Part shown: positions 37,900-51,834 of the stretch, piece after piece | Layout of the letters: each line of letters begins with the position of its first letter | How positions within the stretch are numbered: position 1 is the stretch's first letter | DNA from: Takakia lepidozioides | Lineage: Eukaryota; Plantae; Bryophyta | Direction of reading: 5' to 3' | Assembly (NCBI GenBank): GCA_030704615.1 | Contig: CM060732.1 | Span: 10,788,001 to 10,852,000, forward strand | DNA: 64,000 nt | Translations under genes and position numbers: made by a program | The notes under the pieces: model-generated | Database searches by the model: none | What the model saw: only the letters and a program-made list of their open reading frames with translations | What the model was told of the DNA's origin: nothing

Positions 37900-40800
37900 A
37901 AAAAAATCATCAGGTCCGAATTATGTGTTGACAAATTGTTCCAGGCCGCATGAAAACCATGAACGAAGTTGGGAATCCTTTTGCATCATCACCTTTGCAT
38001 CATAGAGGTAACATATGAGGTGGCACTGAAGGTAAGACCCAATGATCCCACTGGAATAACTCAGAAATCGCAATTGCATTTTCTGCTGCTCAATGAATAC
38101 GTGCCAGAAAACAAGCAGCATAGTATAACTCGCAGCCCTGACAATACTTGCTACCTCCTTGGTCTTGGTATAAATGAATCCATGTACAACTTGGAAGGCA
38201 ATTAATTCCTTCAACATGGTACTTGCCTCATGCCAGTACCTCGCAAAGTGATGATCCTCAATGGGTCGATTGTTCGAAAGAACCAGTCTAGTTGCCATTG
38301 GCACTGGCAGCCAAATGCGCATGATTTGGTAGTAATGTGCCAACGACTGCGGATGACTAAATCCCTTCCAAGCCAAATCCAACACAATTGGAATTTGGTT
38401 GAAGGGCATATCATAGCCCGACTGTACTCCGTGCAGCAGGGTTTTAGGTGGGTTAAAGAAAGCAGTTCCCCTATCCCCCTAGTAGGTTGGTGTTGTGGCT
38501 ATGGTTGTAGTGGTGGGCTGTAGTAACAATGGGTCAGCTACTAGCACAGTCACTTGTTGTGGTCTTGGTAGCATTGGCTTTTGTACCACTGGCATCTCCT
38601 GCAACCCCTGCGAAGAAGACTGAAAAGCCAAAGTTCTGGCTTATAAATAAGAAGCCATCAGCTGCTCCTCAAGTACAAAGACTCTCTTGTCAATATTTGA
38701 TGTCAGGTCCTCCACCTGAGTCTGCAGGCTGTCTACATCCTCTTGTAGCTCCGCTATTCTACTATAGACATTGTCTATAAGTTGTGTGGCAATGTTGCAC
38801 TTGCAGTCTGAGCTCATTCATCTCGCTTTGGGTGAGCTTTCGTGGTGCTTTGTCTCCCAGGCCCTTGTGCTAACCAGACCTGCATAAGGTGGTTATCCAC
38901 CAAGTTGCTTGTGGCACCCCTGAGAGTCTGCTCCTCTGTGAGCCTGTACACATCTATCTGCTGCTGTAAAGCCTCCATGCGCTTCGCATGAGGTTCAACC
39001 AAATTTGCATATGCAGAGCGCCAGATTATTGGCTTCCTTCCAAGCCTTGTTAGCCACAGAGAGTTCATTTCTATTTACCATTAGCGTTTGTTGCAACTCC
39101 AGGATGTACCTCTGTTGGTCAGCTTCAACCTGCCTGTATTGCTTGAAAGTATTCTCATTGCGACAGATTGTATTCTTCATATCAATAATGAGTTTGGTTG
39201 CTCGACATATCTGCCTGTGCCTTTATACATCTTTCCGCTTGGCTGTTAACTTCTAATGTAGTTTGCTCAAGCGTAGTTGTGAGTGTAGCACATTGTATGG
39301 CCATCTTGTCATGCACTGTCTGCAACTCCGTATGTAGTGCATTCACTTCTTGCAAATTGGTTTCATGCTTCACCTGCATTTGGTATAGCTGTTGCTTATG
39401 TGCTTCGTGCAACTGGTCTTGCGCGAGCCTCCTGCCTCAATCAATTGTTCCTTGGGCAATTGCAAAGCAGCTTCTGTACTCTCTAAGTCTTGCTGTATCT
39501 TGAAAGTGACATCCTCATCGACCTTGTTTGCACACTCAGTGGCAAGGTGAGCCTCAAACTCCTTCCTGAGTTCCTCCCTTAAAGCTGCCAATTGGGTAGT
39601 TGGAACAGGGATTTGACATAAGTGCCCAACAAATTAAGTGTCATGCTTATGGAACTCATAAGCATGGCCTGTTGAGGGTCATCATGGTGAGCTTGCTGCT
39701 GTTCTCCCTGATCCTCAACAGTGTGATGCCTCACGAACCATTCAGGCCATTGCCCCACTAGATTTTCTTCCTGAACCACTTCATCCGTCACAGGTGCTAC
39801 AGTGTCTTGACATTCTACCTGTGGTACCTCCGTCACAGGTGTGGGTATTATATGCACAGCAGGGTTTCCCCTGGACAACCGCTGCACCTCTGGAATCATT
39901 GTTTCCCTGACCAAGCCAGAATTTTCATAGAGAAGGTCCCCCTTCTCAATTTCTGCCACCACCTGTTCTGTAGTGGGGATATCTAACCCTTCTTTCTCCA
40001 AATCAATTATTTGTGTGGAACTGCATGGACAACTTGTGGTAACTCTGTGACAAGCTGATCATCTGGCTGTGATGGCTGTGTGATACTGAAGTAAACCTCA
40101 TGTTCTCTCTCCACAGGTTGCGTTGTTTGTACCCACATCTCTCTGTGTTGCTGTGCCCCCTCTTGCACAAGAGTATGAGTAACTTCTTCCTCTCTCTGTC
40201 TCGTAGCCAATGGTTCTGCTTCTAATGTGATCCATTTCCTCTGCCTCTTAGGCTGTTGATGCTCTGCCAATCCCCCTTCACCTTGTCAAGAACCTTGCTC
40301 TTCTATGGCAGTGGTTGCTGTCTCAAACACTCCCATCTCCTTCATTTCTCTCGCATCAAGTATGCACGAGTCTAGATAATTTGTGCAATGATGGCCCAGA
40401 CACTATGATAGGAGACTTTGCGGCAGTGCCTTGTAATCTCTTCATCTCCTCTACCAGTCCGTTGTACATTATGTCCACCCATGCTACCTCTTCTCCTCTC
40501 AGGGCTTTGAGTATTTCCTCTATGAAGGATCTGCTCAAATACTATTGGTTCTATTTCATGGCAAACAGAACGTTCAATACCTGGCCTACCTCCCTTAGCC
40601 CTGGGTACACGGCCTTGGTACAAGCATAACCCTGAGTTTTAAAGAAACTCCCCTTCTTGGAATAAGTCCCCTATTTGCAGTCTTGCCCTGTGCTCCTCCA
40701 CATGCACCTGACCTGATGGCAATTCAAACAATTGTTGTAGGTATATAGGGAGTAATTCTAATTCAACTCCCTTCACCGTTGTTGGTCGTGTCCTAGGCTC

Positions 40801-41250
40801 AAAGTTCTGCAAAATTGTAACATGTACTGCCTATGGTGCAATGTCCAATCTTTGCTTTGCATCCTTCTAATCGCAGCTCCTTCAGTAACTGTACCGCCTG
40901 TGGAGTAGCAATCGTTGTTTCTGCAGGATTGTGGTGCTCTTCACCCTGATTCTTCCATTCCTCTCACTCTCTTCATTCTAGACCCAGAGAAAGGTTTTGG
41001 CTGTAACAATTGAAGAAATGCTTGCAGGCACAAAGCATAAACGTATGGTTGCCACAAAATGCTATGGGTAATTTCTTGTAAGCCTGCGGGGCTTGCAAGC
41101 ATCGATAAGAGAAAAGATACTTTATGTTCTTCTATCCCCGTGCCACTGCGTAAGTAGTATCGCGAGCGTATAGTCTGTTAGTTCCTCCATAGCTTCAAAG
41201 CTATAGCATTGATGGTCTGTCCCGTCTAGACGCGTTACTTGGAACGACGC
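37900..41250 (-). pseudogene. Extra sense-strand coding region 3' of pol (coiled-coil rich, fragmented)
   Basis: Chain of minus-strand ORFs from 40538 to 37921, E/Q-rich with heptad character. Confidence 0.5.
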
Positions 41251-42059
41251 CGATCTTGCGCTTAAAATCCCTCCAATTTTGATCTTGCTTCTGGCTTATG
41301 ATGGCCTGTAACTGCTATGACTGGATTTTAGATTAATTTCCTTCCATGGATTTTCCACTTGGACTGTCCACTAGGATAACACATGTGACATGGATTTCGC
41401 TTTTCGGTACTTTTAAAGGGTTCCGTTACCCTTTCCCTGTATGCATTAAGGGTCCATAATAAGTTAATGTGCCGGTAGGTACTTTGACGGCCAATTTGTC
41501 TTCTTCCTTGATGACACTTGGCTTTGCACTCCATGCCACTGTGTGTCTTGCCCTGGCGTCCACGTGTTCTATTTTTAAAACGTGCCTCCGTCCACTTTCC
41601 GCCGGCACTCTCGGATGTTAACCCACGTCAAACTGTCACTGATCCTATGGATTGTGTAACCCCAGTAGGCTGGTTGTAGTTTGTGTGAGGGAGGTGTCAT
41701 ACTGTGGTACGGCTGTGATAGCTGTTGTGTCGACTGTGGTAAACTGTGATAGGCTGTGACACGCTGCGGTAGGTTTGTGAGTGTGATAGGCTGTGTGCGC
41801 CGTGATGGGCTGTGTGTGAGGCCTGCTGTGCGCGCCTTGATGGGCTGTGTGATAGGTTGTGTCGCGCCGTGAGCGGCTGTGATGGGCTGTGTGATAGGCG
41901 GTGGTCGCGCTTGTACTGTCCGCCCTGGTCATATACGCTCGTCCTAGCGGACAACAAGTGCTCCATACCCTTGGTTATCACTGGCGCAGCCCGTGACTGC
42001 TTCTGCGTTTCAACATGCAAATCATGCTGCAATGGTTTGTCATGGATACCACTGTACCC

Positions 42060-45000
42060 CTTCAACTTATTTAGTATTTTGTTGGTAGCCTCTGCCTGCC
42101 CATTACCCTGTGGGTAATATGTTGTACTCTTCCTATGCACAATCATGAACTCTTTAGTCAATAGTTCAATGGTCTCATTAATGAAGTGACTTCCCTGATC
42201 ACTGAAAATTCCAAGGACAGCCAAATCGTGTAAGTATGTTCTTATACAGGAACCGTGTGGACTTGGCTGTGTGTTGTCCCCAAAGCTTTAGCTTCCACCT
42301 ACTTCGTAGTTAATCATCAGTGGCTTGTAATTATGTACCTCATCTGTGTATTCTTGGCTGGTGGGTTAATTGGTCCAACAAGTCTAGTCCCCATTTCTGA
42401 AATGGTTCCGTAGGCATTGTAGGATGCAAAGCCATTTCCCAGATCTCTGCAAAGGTCCTAGCCTCTGACATTCATCACAACTCTGACAATACTTGTGTAC
42501 ATCTTTGAACAAAGTAGGCCACCAGTAACCTGCCTAGTAGTATCTTCCTATTGGTAGTTTCTCCAAAATGACCTCCAGCCACTCCTTTATGAACTTCTTC
42601 CAAAACTTTATTTACTTCATGGTGGTACAAGCATCGTTTAAGTACTCCATCAGTCCTAGCTTATACATTCTGCCTCCTACCATAGTATAAGGTAGAGCCT
42701 TGATAGCGATTCTCTCCTCTGCTCCTTACATAACTAGGTGGGCATCATTGACCATGAGTAAGGTAGTATCTGATTGGCCACTGCCAATCTAACCATTCAT
42801 CTGCACTTCCTTGCACCTCCATTACAATAAACTCGCATCAGGTAACTGATCGTCTACTCCTGTGACGGCCTCTCTCCCGTGTTAGTCGTGACAAATGATT
42901 GCCACAAGATGCAAACGGCCAGGCTTGAAACAACTTCGAACTCAAACCATGCAAGATTATTAACACCTCGCTATCCTTCCACTATCAAAGGTTTGTTCAC
43001 CAGATTAATCAGAGCCCGGTGATCCACATAAAACAAACTTTCTTCCCAATAGGAATGCCTGAATTTCTTGACTGCATAATCAGTGTCTGTGCTGCTTTTT
43101 AGTGGGGCTATAATTCCTTTCGGCATGTTCATCAACCTGCTAGCATAGTACACAGGTGAATCTATATTCCTGTAACATTATGGGCTAACACCGCTCCCAA
43201 CACTTCTCCTGAGGCATCACAGTGACACATGAAATACCATAGCCAGTGAGGGTTAATTAGCACAGGTGTAGTTGTTAACTGACAATGTAAGTTTCTCAAA
43301 AGCCTGTTGACATTCAGCTGTCCAGTGCAAAACTGCATCTTTCTTCAGAAGCTTGCTCAATGGTGCTACTATCTGTGCATACATTTGGACAAATCTTCTG
43401 TAATAACTGGTTGCCAAGGAATCTCCTTAGACTCTTAACATTACTGGTGGTGGAGAGGCTTTAATGGCCTCTGTCTTCTTGGGATCCACAAGAAGTCCCC
43501 TCTTACACACATGTGTCCCAGAAGTACCCTGAGTTCACACAGAAAGTACATTTCTCTGGATTCAGGCCCGACCTCTCATTCTGCATCTGGCCAGACATAA
43601 CTCCAACTTATACAAGTGCTCATTCTTAGAGCTGTAACATGAAATCATCCAAGAATACCTGCATGAAATCATCCAGATACTCATGAAAAGATTCACTTAT
43701 CACTCTCTGAAAGGTTGCTGGTGCATGACAAAGTCCAAAGGCATGACTTTGTATGCATAAGCACCCCAGTCTGTGATGAAAGTTGTCTTTCCCTGGTCTT
43801 CTTCTACCACTTGCACTTGATTATAACCACTGAAGCCATCCATGAATAAGTACATCTCATGGTCTGCCACAATGTCCAATACTGCTTCTGTGAATGGCAG
43901 GGGGAATGGATCCTTCTTCGTGCAAGCATTCAACTTCTTATAATTCACACAAACTCTTAGTTTACCATTCTTCTTGGGAACTATCACAATGGGTGACAAC
44001 CAAGTTGTATACTCTATTGGGTATATAAACTTAGCCTCAGCCAACTTCTTGATCTCTTCTCCAATCTTCTGTGCATAGTTGGGATTCATTCTGTACCTCG
44101 TCTGCTTGATTGGTACTGACCCTGGTTCGAGTTCAATCTTATGCTGACAGATCTCAGGTGGTATCCCTTTTAGATCCTCGTAGCTCCAAGCAAATACATC
44201 TCTGTATTTGATGAACAAACTCTTAGCTTCTTCAAAGAATTCTGGCTCCAAATCAGCTCCTACCTTCACCATCCTCGGTCCTCTTTAGTTCCACATTCAC
44301 TTCCCTCACCTGCTCATCAGCTGTGATTGTCCAACCAGTCACTACTTCATCCTGTAAACTCACAGTGGCTGGTTCCTCTAGGATTTTCATTTCTCCTTCT
44401 CTTTCTTCATAGAAATGTGATGGGTAACTGCTGGTTTCCTCTTCAATTGGTGTTGCTGACACTACACCACAACAGATACCTCTTAAACAACTTAGGCCTT
44501 CCAGCCGCATCTCTGCAACCTGTTCCTACTCTGGGTGTGCAGCGAACAGGGTAGCTTCCTGCTCCTCCAGTCCTCCTCTCCAGTCATACTCTCTGACCCC
44601 TCGAGGTCTTCTCGTATCAGGTAATCTACTAGATTTCTTAGTGGTAATCCGTGCATCCCATTATGCACAGTTAGTAACTGAGAATTCAGTCATGGAATAC
44701 CCTGGCCTGTTTCATCCCATAAAAGGAGTAAGCATGACTTCTGTATCTGTATCTTAACTCCTCTTATCAATCCCAATGGCTGTACACTTCTTTGATCTGC
44801 CATTGTTACTGTAAATGGGGCTGGTTTCATGTTACTTAGACCAAGCTTCTTCCTTAATTGGTCTGTCATGATATTTACTCCAGAGCCTCCATCTATCAGT
44901 ACATCAGTTAGTTCTGTGCTTCCAATTCTCAATTGGATTACTCGCATAGAATCATCAAAGTCCATGACTGTTTCTCGCCCTTCCGGCTTCACATTATAAC

Positions 45001-47373
45001 TGGTCACCTTGCTGTTCAGGTCTGTGTTTCCTGTCTCCTAGGCAATTCGATTGATTACTTGATACAGCCTGTATCTACAATAAGGTGCCACAGCCAATAG
45101 CTGTCCAATGGTAATCTCTGCTTTAGTCTGGCATATTACTTCAGCCAAAGTCCCTTCATTAGTTTGCATGTCTGCAACTTCTTTCTTCCTTTCATCCTCA
45201 CTCACTTCTTCTTCTCCATCAGAATCAGAGGAATCTGCCACAGGAATATCAGTACTCTTCTGCATTTCCCTTATGGTATCTGCCACTTCCTTGTGCAGTT
45301 CCTTCTCATCTCTCCAAGCCTCATCATCTTTAGGCATATCACTGTCATCTTCATTATTATCATCTTCCTCAACTACTGGAGGTATTAGTTTGGCTTTGCT
45401 TCTTGTTACTATCATTGTACTTACTTCTGGTACAACACATGGCCTGACCATGTGAGCTGCCACCATTGGGCCCTCATTCACAGGAGCTCTCATCTCATTT
45501 TGGTGTCTAATCCAAAATGAACAGGCTGCCTTGCGATGTCCTGGTTGATTACAATAGTAACACAGTTCTTCACCATGGGGTCCTCGCCCTTGGTCTGCTC
45601 TTGGATTATTTCTGTAATCCTGATTCCCTGCTGGTAATTCCCCCTTGGATTACCCTGATAGTTGCCTCTGGAATTTCCTTGGTAATTCCCTCTTGAATTA
45701 CCTCCCCCTTCCATGCCATTGTTATAACCACCAGGTCTACCATAGTGGTCCTGATCACTGTTTCTTCTTGGCTGGGGCTGCACTTGATGCACTCTTACTT
45801 GCCTAGGTTCTCTTGCAGCTGTCCTTCTGTTGTAGTAACAATTCTCAGTAGAATGGTTATCCATCTTACAGATAGTATAGTGTTTCTCCTTCATGTGGCA
45901 TTCAGTGGTGGTATGGCCTTCATTCTGGCACTTTGCACACCAAACACCCTTCCTCCAATGTGTTGCAGCCTCTGTGGCATACTTCTTCAAGATTTCTTCT
46001 AATTTTTTCTCATAGTTATCCCTCTTCAACTTCTCATTTCTCTTACTCTTCCTTTTCAGTTCTTGCTCTTCTTCTTCATCTGACTCATCCTCAGAGTCCT
46101 CATCATCCTTTTCTCTCTCCTGAGCATTCCCAATTGCTCAATTCTGTTTGCAGTTTCAAATGCCTCCTCCACTGTATTATGGGGTAACATATCCACTTTC
46201 TTCTGCAACTCTAGTCTTAGTCCACTCACAAACCAAGTCGTCTGTAAACCTGGTGCTGGTACAGCAGCCAGCTTTTTCATCATCAATTCCATCTTTTCCA
46301 TATACTCCTCAACAGTTTCATGCTTCTTTTGCTTTAACTGTTGTAAACTTCCATACACTTCATCCTCAGTTTTACTTGTCCTGAACCTATTTTGGAATGC
46401 TGTATTCAAGCCATTCCAAGTTAGGAAATGATTATCAGGGAATCTTGCATACCATTCACTTGCTTTCTTGATAAGTGATAAGGAAACAATCTCATCTTGG
46501 CATCATCGCCATTCTCATTGTTCACTATACACATGTGCTCAAATTGGCTAATGTGTACATCGGGATCCCCTTTCCTGAATATATTGGAAAAGGTGGTTTT
46601 GCCCGTGTTGGTTGTAACGCCATCTGTGGCCCTACCTTCTGCCCACTGACAGGTGCTGCCACCCTTGCTGGTGCTGGTCCTAGAGGACCTGTTGTAGTTG
46701 TGGTGGATCTTGCACCAAATGGTGGCCCCTGAGCACTCCCTACTACTGGCCCCACGATATTCACAGTATTCCCAGCTCAAGTTGCACTACTTCCCACACT
46801 CCCTGTCCCCCCAGAGCCAGATCCAGGCAGCCCGCCTGATCCCCCTGAGCCGACACCTTCGTTGGCCTGTGATCCAAGTGTTCCACTTGATCCAGGTCCA
46901 ACGGGTTGGGATGTCCTGGTTGTAGTCTCAACCTTAGCTGTTGGGTCTACTTCTTCATACTTTTCCTCTTCCAATTTCTTCTCTCTATTTTCATCCTCCA
47001 AGTTCTGCCCTTGGGTTTCTTCTTCACTCATGTAACTCAACTGCAATGGTGTTGGAGAGTCTGAACTCTCCATTGGCTCTGCCACATCCTCTCCTCCTTC
47101 TTCACCCTCCGCTTCAGAAACAAGAGTTCCTGCTTTTGGTGTTCCATGCCAACTCTTGTCAAAGATTTCTGTCAAATCTTTTATCCAGGGATGTACCTCA
47201 GATCTTTCACCTCGTGATTGATCTTCTTCCCGTACCAATTCCCTTAATCTTTCTTGCAAAGAAAAAGAAGGAGTGGCATCCAACTCTAGTTCTTCCGGTA
47301 TGGGTGATGTACTCTCTGATCTTAATGGTGTGAGAGGTCCAGATGATTCCCTATGTTTATTCCTCTCTCCCAA
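42060..47373 (-). pseudogene. Gypsy gag-pol, heavily frameshifted, integrase C-terminus deleted
   Basis: CAKCQNEGH knuckle; LIDGGSGVNI protease; SPIVIVPKKNGKLRVC and DGFSGYNQ (RT); YYASR, VDHRAL (RNase H); SDQGSHF, YPQGNGQAE (integrase). Confidence 0.93.
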
Positions 47374-48042
47374 AGATATGGATAATTAGCTTTCAGATAG
47401 CTTTCTCTTTTTGCTGAATATCTCTGGAGTCTAGCTTCTCTTTCATCACTCATGTCCCATGTCTTTCATTTCTTTTAATGTGGCAATAACCAAAACTCTC
47501 TTCTGTAATATCTCTCGTATATGCCTGGGTTTCTTTCAAGCTTCAATGCACCCTTGGCTATACTAGAAGTCTCCGTTACTATATAACCATATGGCAAACA
47601 AGTCTGGAAAGCTGTTCTTGGTGTGAGTTTGATCCACAAAATATCCCTTGGAATCCAATTCTTTATCAGTACAAGCTCTTCATGCATATGAGTATAAACA
47701 TTCACCTTTCTTTCCTCCCAGCTTTAAACTCTACTCGCTTAATGGATAGCAATGATATCACATAAACCAGTGTTCGTAACCAACGTGCTCTTCCTCTACA
47801 GGCCACCTGATAAATCTTTATCACTCCTTTCTCCAGACCCCATTCAGGGTCAGCATCATGCACTCTTTTAAGAATGTTTTATTTACAACCGTCTGGCAAT
47901 TCCAAGAACCTCTGAAAGAATCGTTTGGACAATCTTTCCTTCTCAGTTTCACAGGGAATTTGATTTACATCAAATTCTTTAATTCTCCATCCACCATGAT
48001 CCCACCAGATACCTGTCACAATCTGGTTGTTCATGACCCAGT

Positions 48043-48060
48043 TCCCCAGTATGGTCGCCA
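48043..48060 (-). other. Primer-binding site TGGCGACCATACTGGGGA (tRNA-Arg-like)
   Basis: 2 nt from the 5' LTR end, begins TGG; tRNA identity is inferred. Confidence 0.7.
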
Positions 48061-48062
48061 AA

Positions 48063-49088
48063 TGTCGAGCGGCTTTTACTCACCCATCCCTTCGCTATCC
48101 GAGGTGGGAACTCCAAGATAGAAGAGTTGGAAATCTCTAAGCACTCAGCCCGCTCAGAACAATCAGTCATGACCTACAACTAGTGTATCATGGGGGTGTT
48201 TCCTATTTGTACTCCTTCCCGCATTCATGTTAGCGAGTTACCTTACTATCTGCAATTAAGTATCAGTTTGCTTCAGAAATCTATCAGTTCCATCCATTCA
48301 TTCCACAGCTTCACTCAGGTCTCTCTACACAGTGTGAGTATGAAGTATGTATCAGATTAATATCTATCTAGTATCAGGCTGAAGTCATGGTGTCTCTCAT
48401 CTACTCTACATTACAATTCTACAGCTAGCATTCATCAAGTAACAACAGATCGTCTCTTCTTCTACTCCGTGTTCTCCCTCTTTCTACTCAGAGATACGCT
48501 CTCCGCTTCATTTTCCCCCGTGATCCAGAAGTCCTCCCCCCCAAGTAGTGATGTCTCGACGTCCCCGCTCTTCGCTTTTTCTACCTACAAGCTGTTCTAA
48601 CCGCTTTCCTAACTAACCGTCATCCCTGTAGTACACGTTCCTTTTTCAGATGTCGTTCCCCCACCGTCGTTCCCTACCAATGATAACTGTTCCCCAGCTG
48701 TGCCGAGCTATGACTGGCTGTGTCGGGCTATGTAGAGCTGTGCGAAGCTGTGGCGGTTGTATCGGGCTGTGACTGGCTGTGTTGGGCTGTGCTGACTGTG
48801 CGAAGCTGTGACGGCTGTGTCTGACTGTGTCGGCTGTGTCGACTGTGATGGACTGTGTTGGGCTGTGTATCTGTGCAAAGCTGTGACGGGCTGTGTTGGC
48901 TGTGACTGGCTGTGTTGGACTGTGACGGCTGTGTCGGGCTGTGATGGACTGTGTTGGGCTGTGTATCTCCCCCCCCTAAAGCCTGTTGCTGTCACCCCTA
49001 AGGCTCATGTTGGTCTTGGTCTGTGTAAAAATTAAGGGTACCTCACAGATCCCGTAAAAGCGTTTAAGTCCCAAGCAGCCCTCTAACA
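48063..49088 (-). repeat. 5' LTR
   Basis: Direct repeat of 36303-37319, adjacent to the PBS. Confidence 0.92.
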
Positions 49089-49900
49089 CCTCCCCATCGA
49101 CGCGCTCCCCCCTCAAGCCATTCCACAATTTAATTGAATTTAAATTTATTTTAAGCCAATAAATAGGTTTACACTGCCTTTCAGTGGGGGTTTCTGGCAC
49201 GTATCGATTTTGTTTTTTGCTCAATTTTGTTCTGCAGCTTCCAACATCCCAGGGCTACTCCCCCGCCAAAATTTGGACCAATCAAAAATGCCCCAAAAAA
49301 AAAGTGTTCTCTTTGCTCACAATTGCAGAACTTTCTATCAAGAGTGCACGAAGTAGAACATAAATCAAGTTTGGAGTGCAAAATAGGGAAGAAACTGTGG
49401 TTTGGGTCCAAATGAATTTTGATCGCTCCCAAATTTGGAACGCACGTTGCATATGGCTACATTACACGCCCCATTCAAAAACGGAATGAAAAACAAATTG
49501 TGAGCACGCGAAACACAGTCGAACAGGTCCCAAAGCAATAGCAGCTCCAACAGAATACATTCAACGGGTGAACGGATGGTTGCCCATCCAAATCATTTTT
49601 GTTAGCTTCCAAACTTTGTCAGCACGTTCCAAACACCCTCTCACAGGTCCTGGACTAATATCAGATCAATCGAAATTCATTCGATGGCTCAACGGATGGT
49701 TGGCCATCGAAATGATTTTGGTTCGCTTTGAGACTTGGCCACTATGTTCAATGTGCCATGTAAGAGGCCCCAGAGTAATATGAGATCAATCGAAATTCGT
49801 TCAATGGGCCAACGGATGGTTGCCCATCCAAATGAAACTTGGCCAGTGTGTTCAATGTACCCTCTGATACGTCCCACTGTAAAATGAGATCAATCGAAAT
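49089..49900. repeat. Internal hAT repeat: continuation of the unit begun at ~35730 plus a second tandem copy from ~49310
   Basis: 35730-36000 matches 49310-49580; inverted copy at 51835-52460. Confidence 0.85.
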
Positions 49901-50348
49901 TATTTTGTGCTTTGAGAACTTTGTAGGTGTATTCGTAGAAAGATCATAGATTTTGCGAAATGATTATGAAATACGCAGGGACCGGGCGAAATTTGTTTGG
50001 AAGGGACCGTTCGTAACTCGTTGTAACTTATTTGTTAACATCAATTTTCCTTGTTCTTCAGCTTTCGGAGTTCATTGCAAATACCCATATACACGTCATG
50101 ACCAAATATGACACCATTATAAATTTGTTTACAGGGTGAACTACTTCTTCCCCATCACACGAGTGTAAATGTGAAGAAAACGCTGCTCATGCCATTGAAA
50201 TTGGCAGGTGCCGCACATGTGCATTGTGTATTAACAAAATTGGTGATATACAAACTTGGCGGAATGCCATCACTGTGTTTTCCAACAATATTCAAGGTAC
50301 AACAAAAATGCATATTGTATATGTACTATGCTGCCAGTCATTCAAAGC

Positions 50349-51801
50349 CTAGTCGTCACCGTCCGAGGATGTGGAATTTGATGCTGTGGCCTGCTTTGCA
50401 CTGCCAATTGCCAAAGCTTGCGACCGTGATCTCGTGGTCAATGAGGGGCCCAATGACATGTGATCAATTCTGGCCTGCATCCGCCTACTTCGCGGCGAAA
50501 GTTGACTTTCTTCTTCACTTTCACGACGTGGCGGAGGTGGATCGAGAACAAGTGCTCGGGCTGCTGCAAATTGGCAACGAGGCCGTCCACATCCGGCAAT
50601 ACAGCCCCCGAAACACGATGATAACGGTCTGTCCATAATCGCCTCCATTTCTCTACAACTGCCTTGATGGTACTTTTGAAACTTTTTAACTGCCTCTCGC
50701 GGGCCCTGTCCCTAATCATTGTGTCGTTTCGACGATAAGTCGCCTCGTACGCATCATTCATTCGGCGTTGACATATTATAGCATCTTCCAGTTCGGACAG
50801 CAACAAATGTCTTCCAATCGGTTGTCGGTCATACAATTCGTTCTCCTCCGGCACCCATGGAACCTATGGGATAAACCTGGACCTTCTTTGACTCCAATGC
50901 CCTCGGCAAAACTGCTCTCTCTCCCACCAATCTCGAATACCTCCCGCATGTATGGTTATCTCCCAATCAAATGTGACCCAGAAATACTGGGGATCTTTAA
51001 TGTATGCCGGGTTTCCGGCATGTATGCCATGCATCTCTCTGTCTGTATCCATACCAAGTTCTTGCCCCAATGCACACAATTCAAAAATGTGTATGGTAGC
51101 CCATCCAATGGGAGGTTGTGTCGATTGTATTCAAAACCTATGGGCATCCGATCCTCCAAGCCCACCAGCTCATAGAAACGGCGATGGATTGGTGTACGGC
51201 ATTCTGGGCAAGCGCTCGTCCGCAAGGCTTGCGGGATAAGACATGTGATATGGAACATATGTTTACATGATCCAAGCACATGACATCCCTCTGGGCCGTA
51301 TGGATTCCTACACATCGAACAAACTGTGTCATCTGATATCCATGACGGCAAAACGCCTCGTGGTATCTCCTCCCTCTGGGCCGGTTTGATGTGGCTGGTC
51401 ATCCTTCTTGTGGTGTCCTACTCTTCATCTATCTCCAATTCCTAGTTTATGCTTCTGTTCGACCCCGAAATTCTGTGCTCACATCGATCGAACATAGAAT
51501 CCACATCTGTCCAATTGGTATACCCGGCGAACACGCTTGATGCGATGCGGAGATCGTTATACCTTTGCATGTTGGCATAAATGCTATCCACGCTACTGTT
51601 CGACATGCGTGCGACACGTTGCAAGCCTGACAGTGCCCGCTCTACCCGTGCTTCTCTGGAGGCCAAATGGATCGCCCATTGTATCCAATTCTCCCAATCG
51701 CCATTCAATGGGACCCATGCCTGAATCTCCAGCGTTTTGGACAAGCGCCATGCAGTTGCCATGACAATGTCCCGCTCCTTTGTAATTAACGCGGTCGACA
51801 T
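50349..51801 (-). pseudogene. RING-H2 finger protein gene (hAT cargo), fragmented
   Basis: CSMC-x15-CKHMFHITC-x10-CPEC gives a C3H2C3 RING; adjacent minus-strand ORFs abut it. Confidence 0.8.
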
Positions 51802-51834
51802 CTAATATCGGGTTCATCTCCGATTGAATGAGGC

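Larger units (their letters stand above)
36303..49088 (-). mobile_element. Ty3/Gypsy LTR retrotransposon nested in the hAT
   Basis: LTRs 36303-37319 and 48063-49088 (TG..CA); PBS; purine-rich tract near 37320-37340; gag-PR-RT-RH-INT order; degenerate 5-bp TSD TCTCA/CCTCC. Confidence 0.93.
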
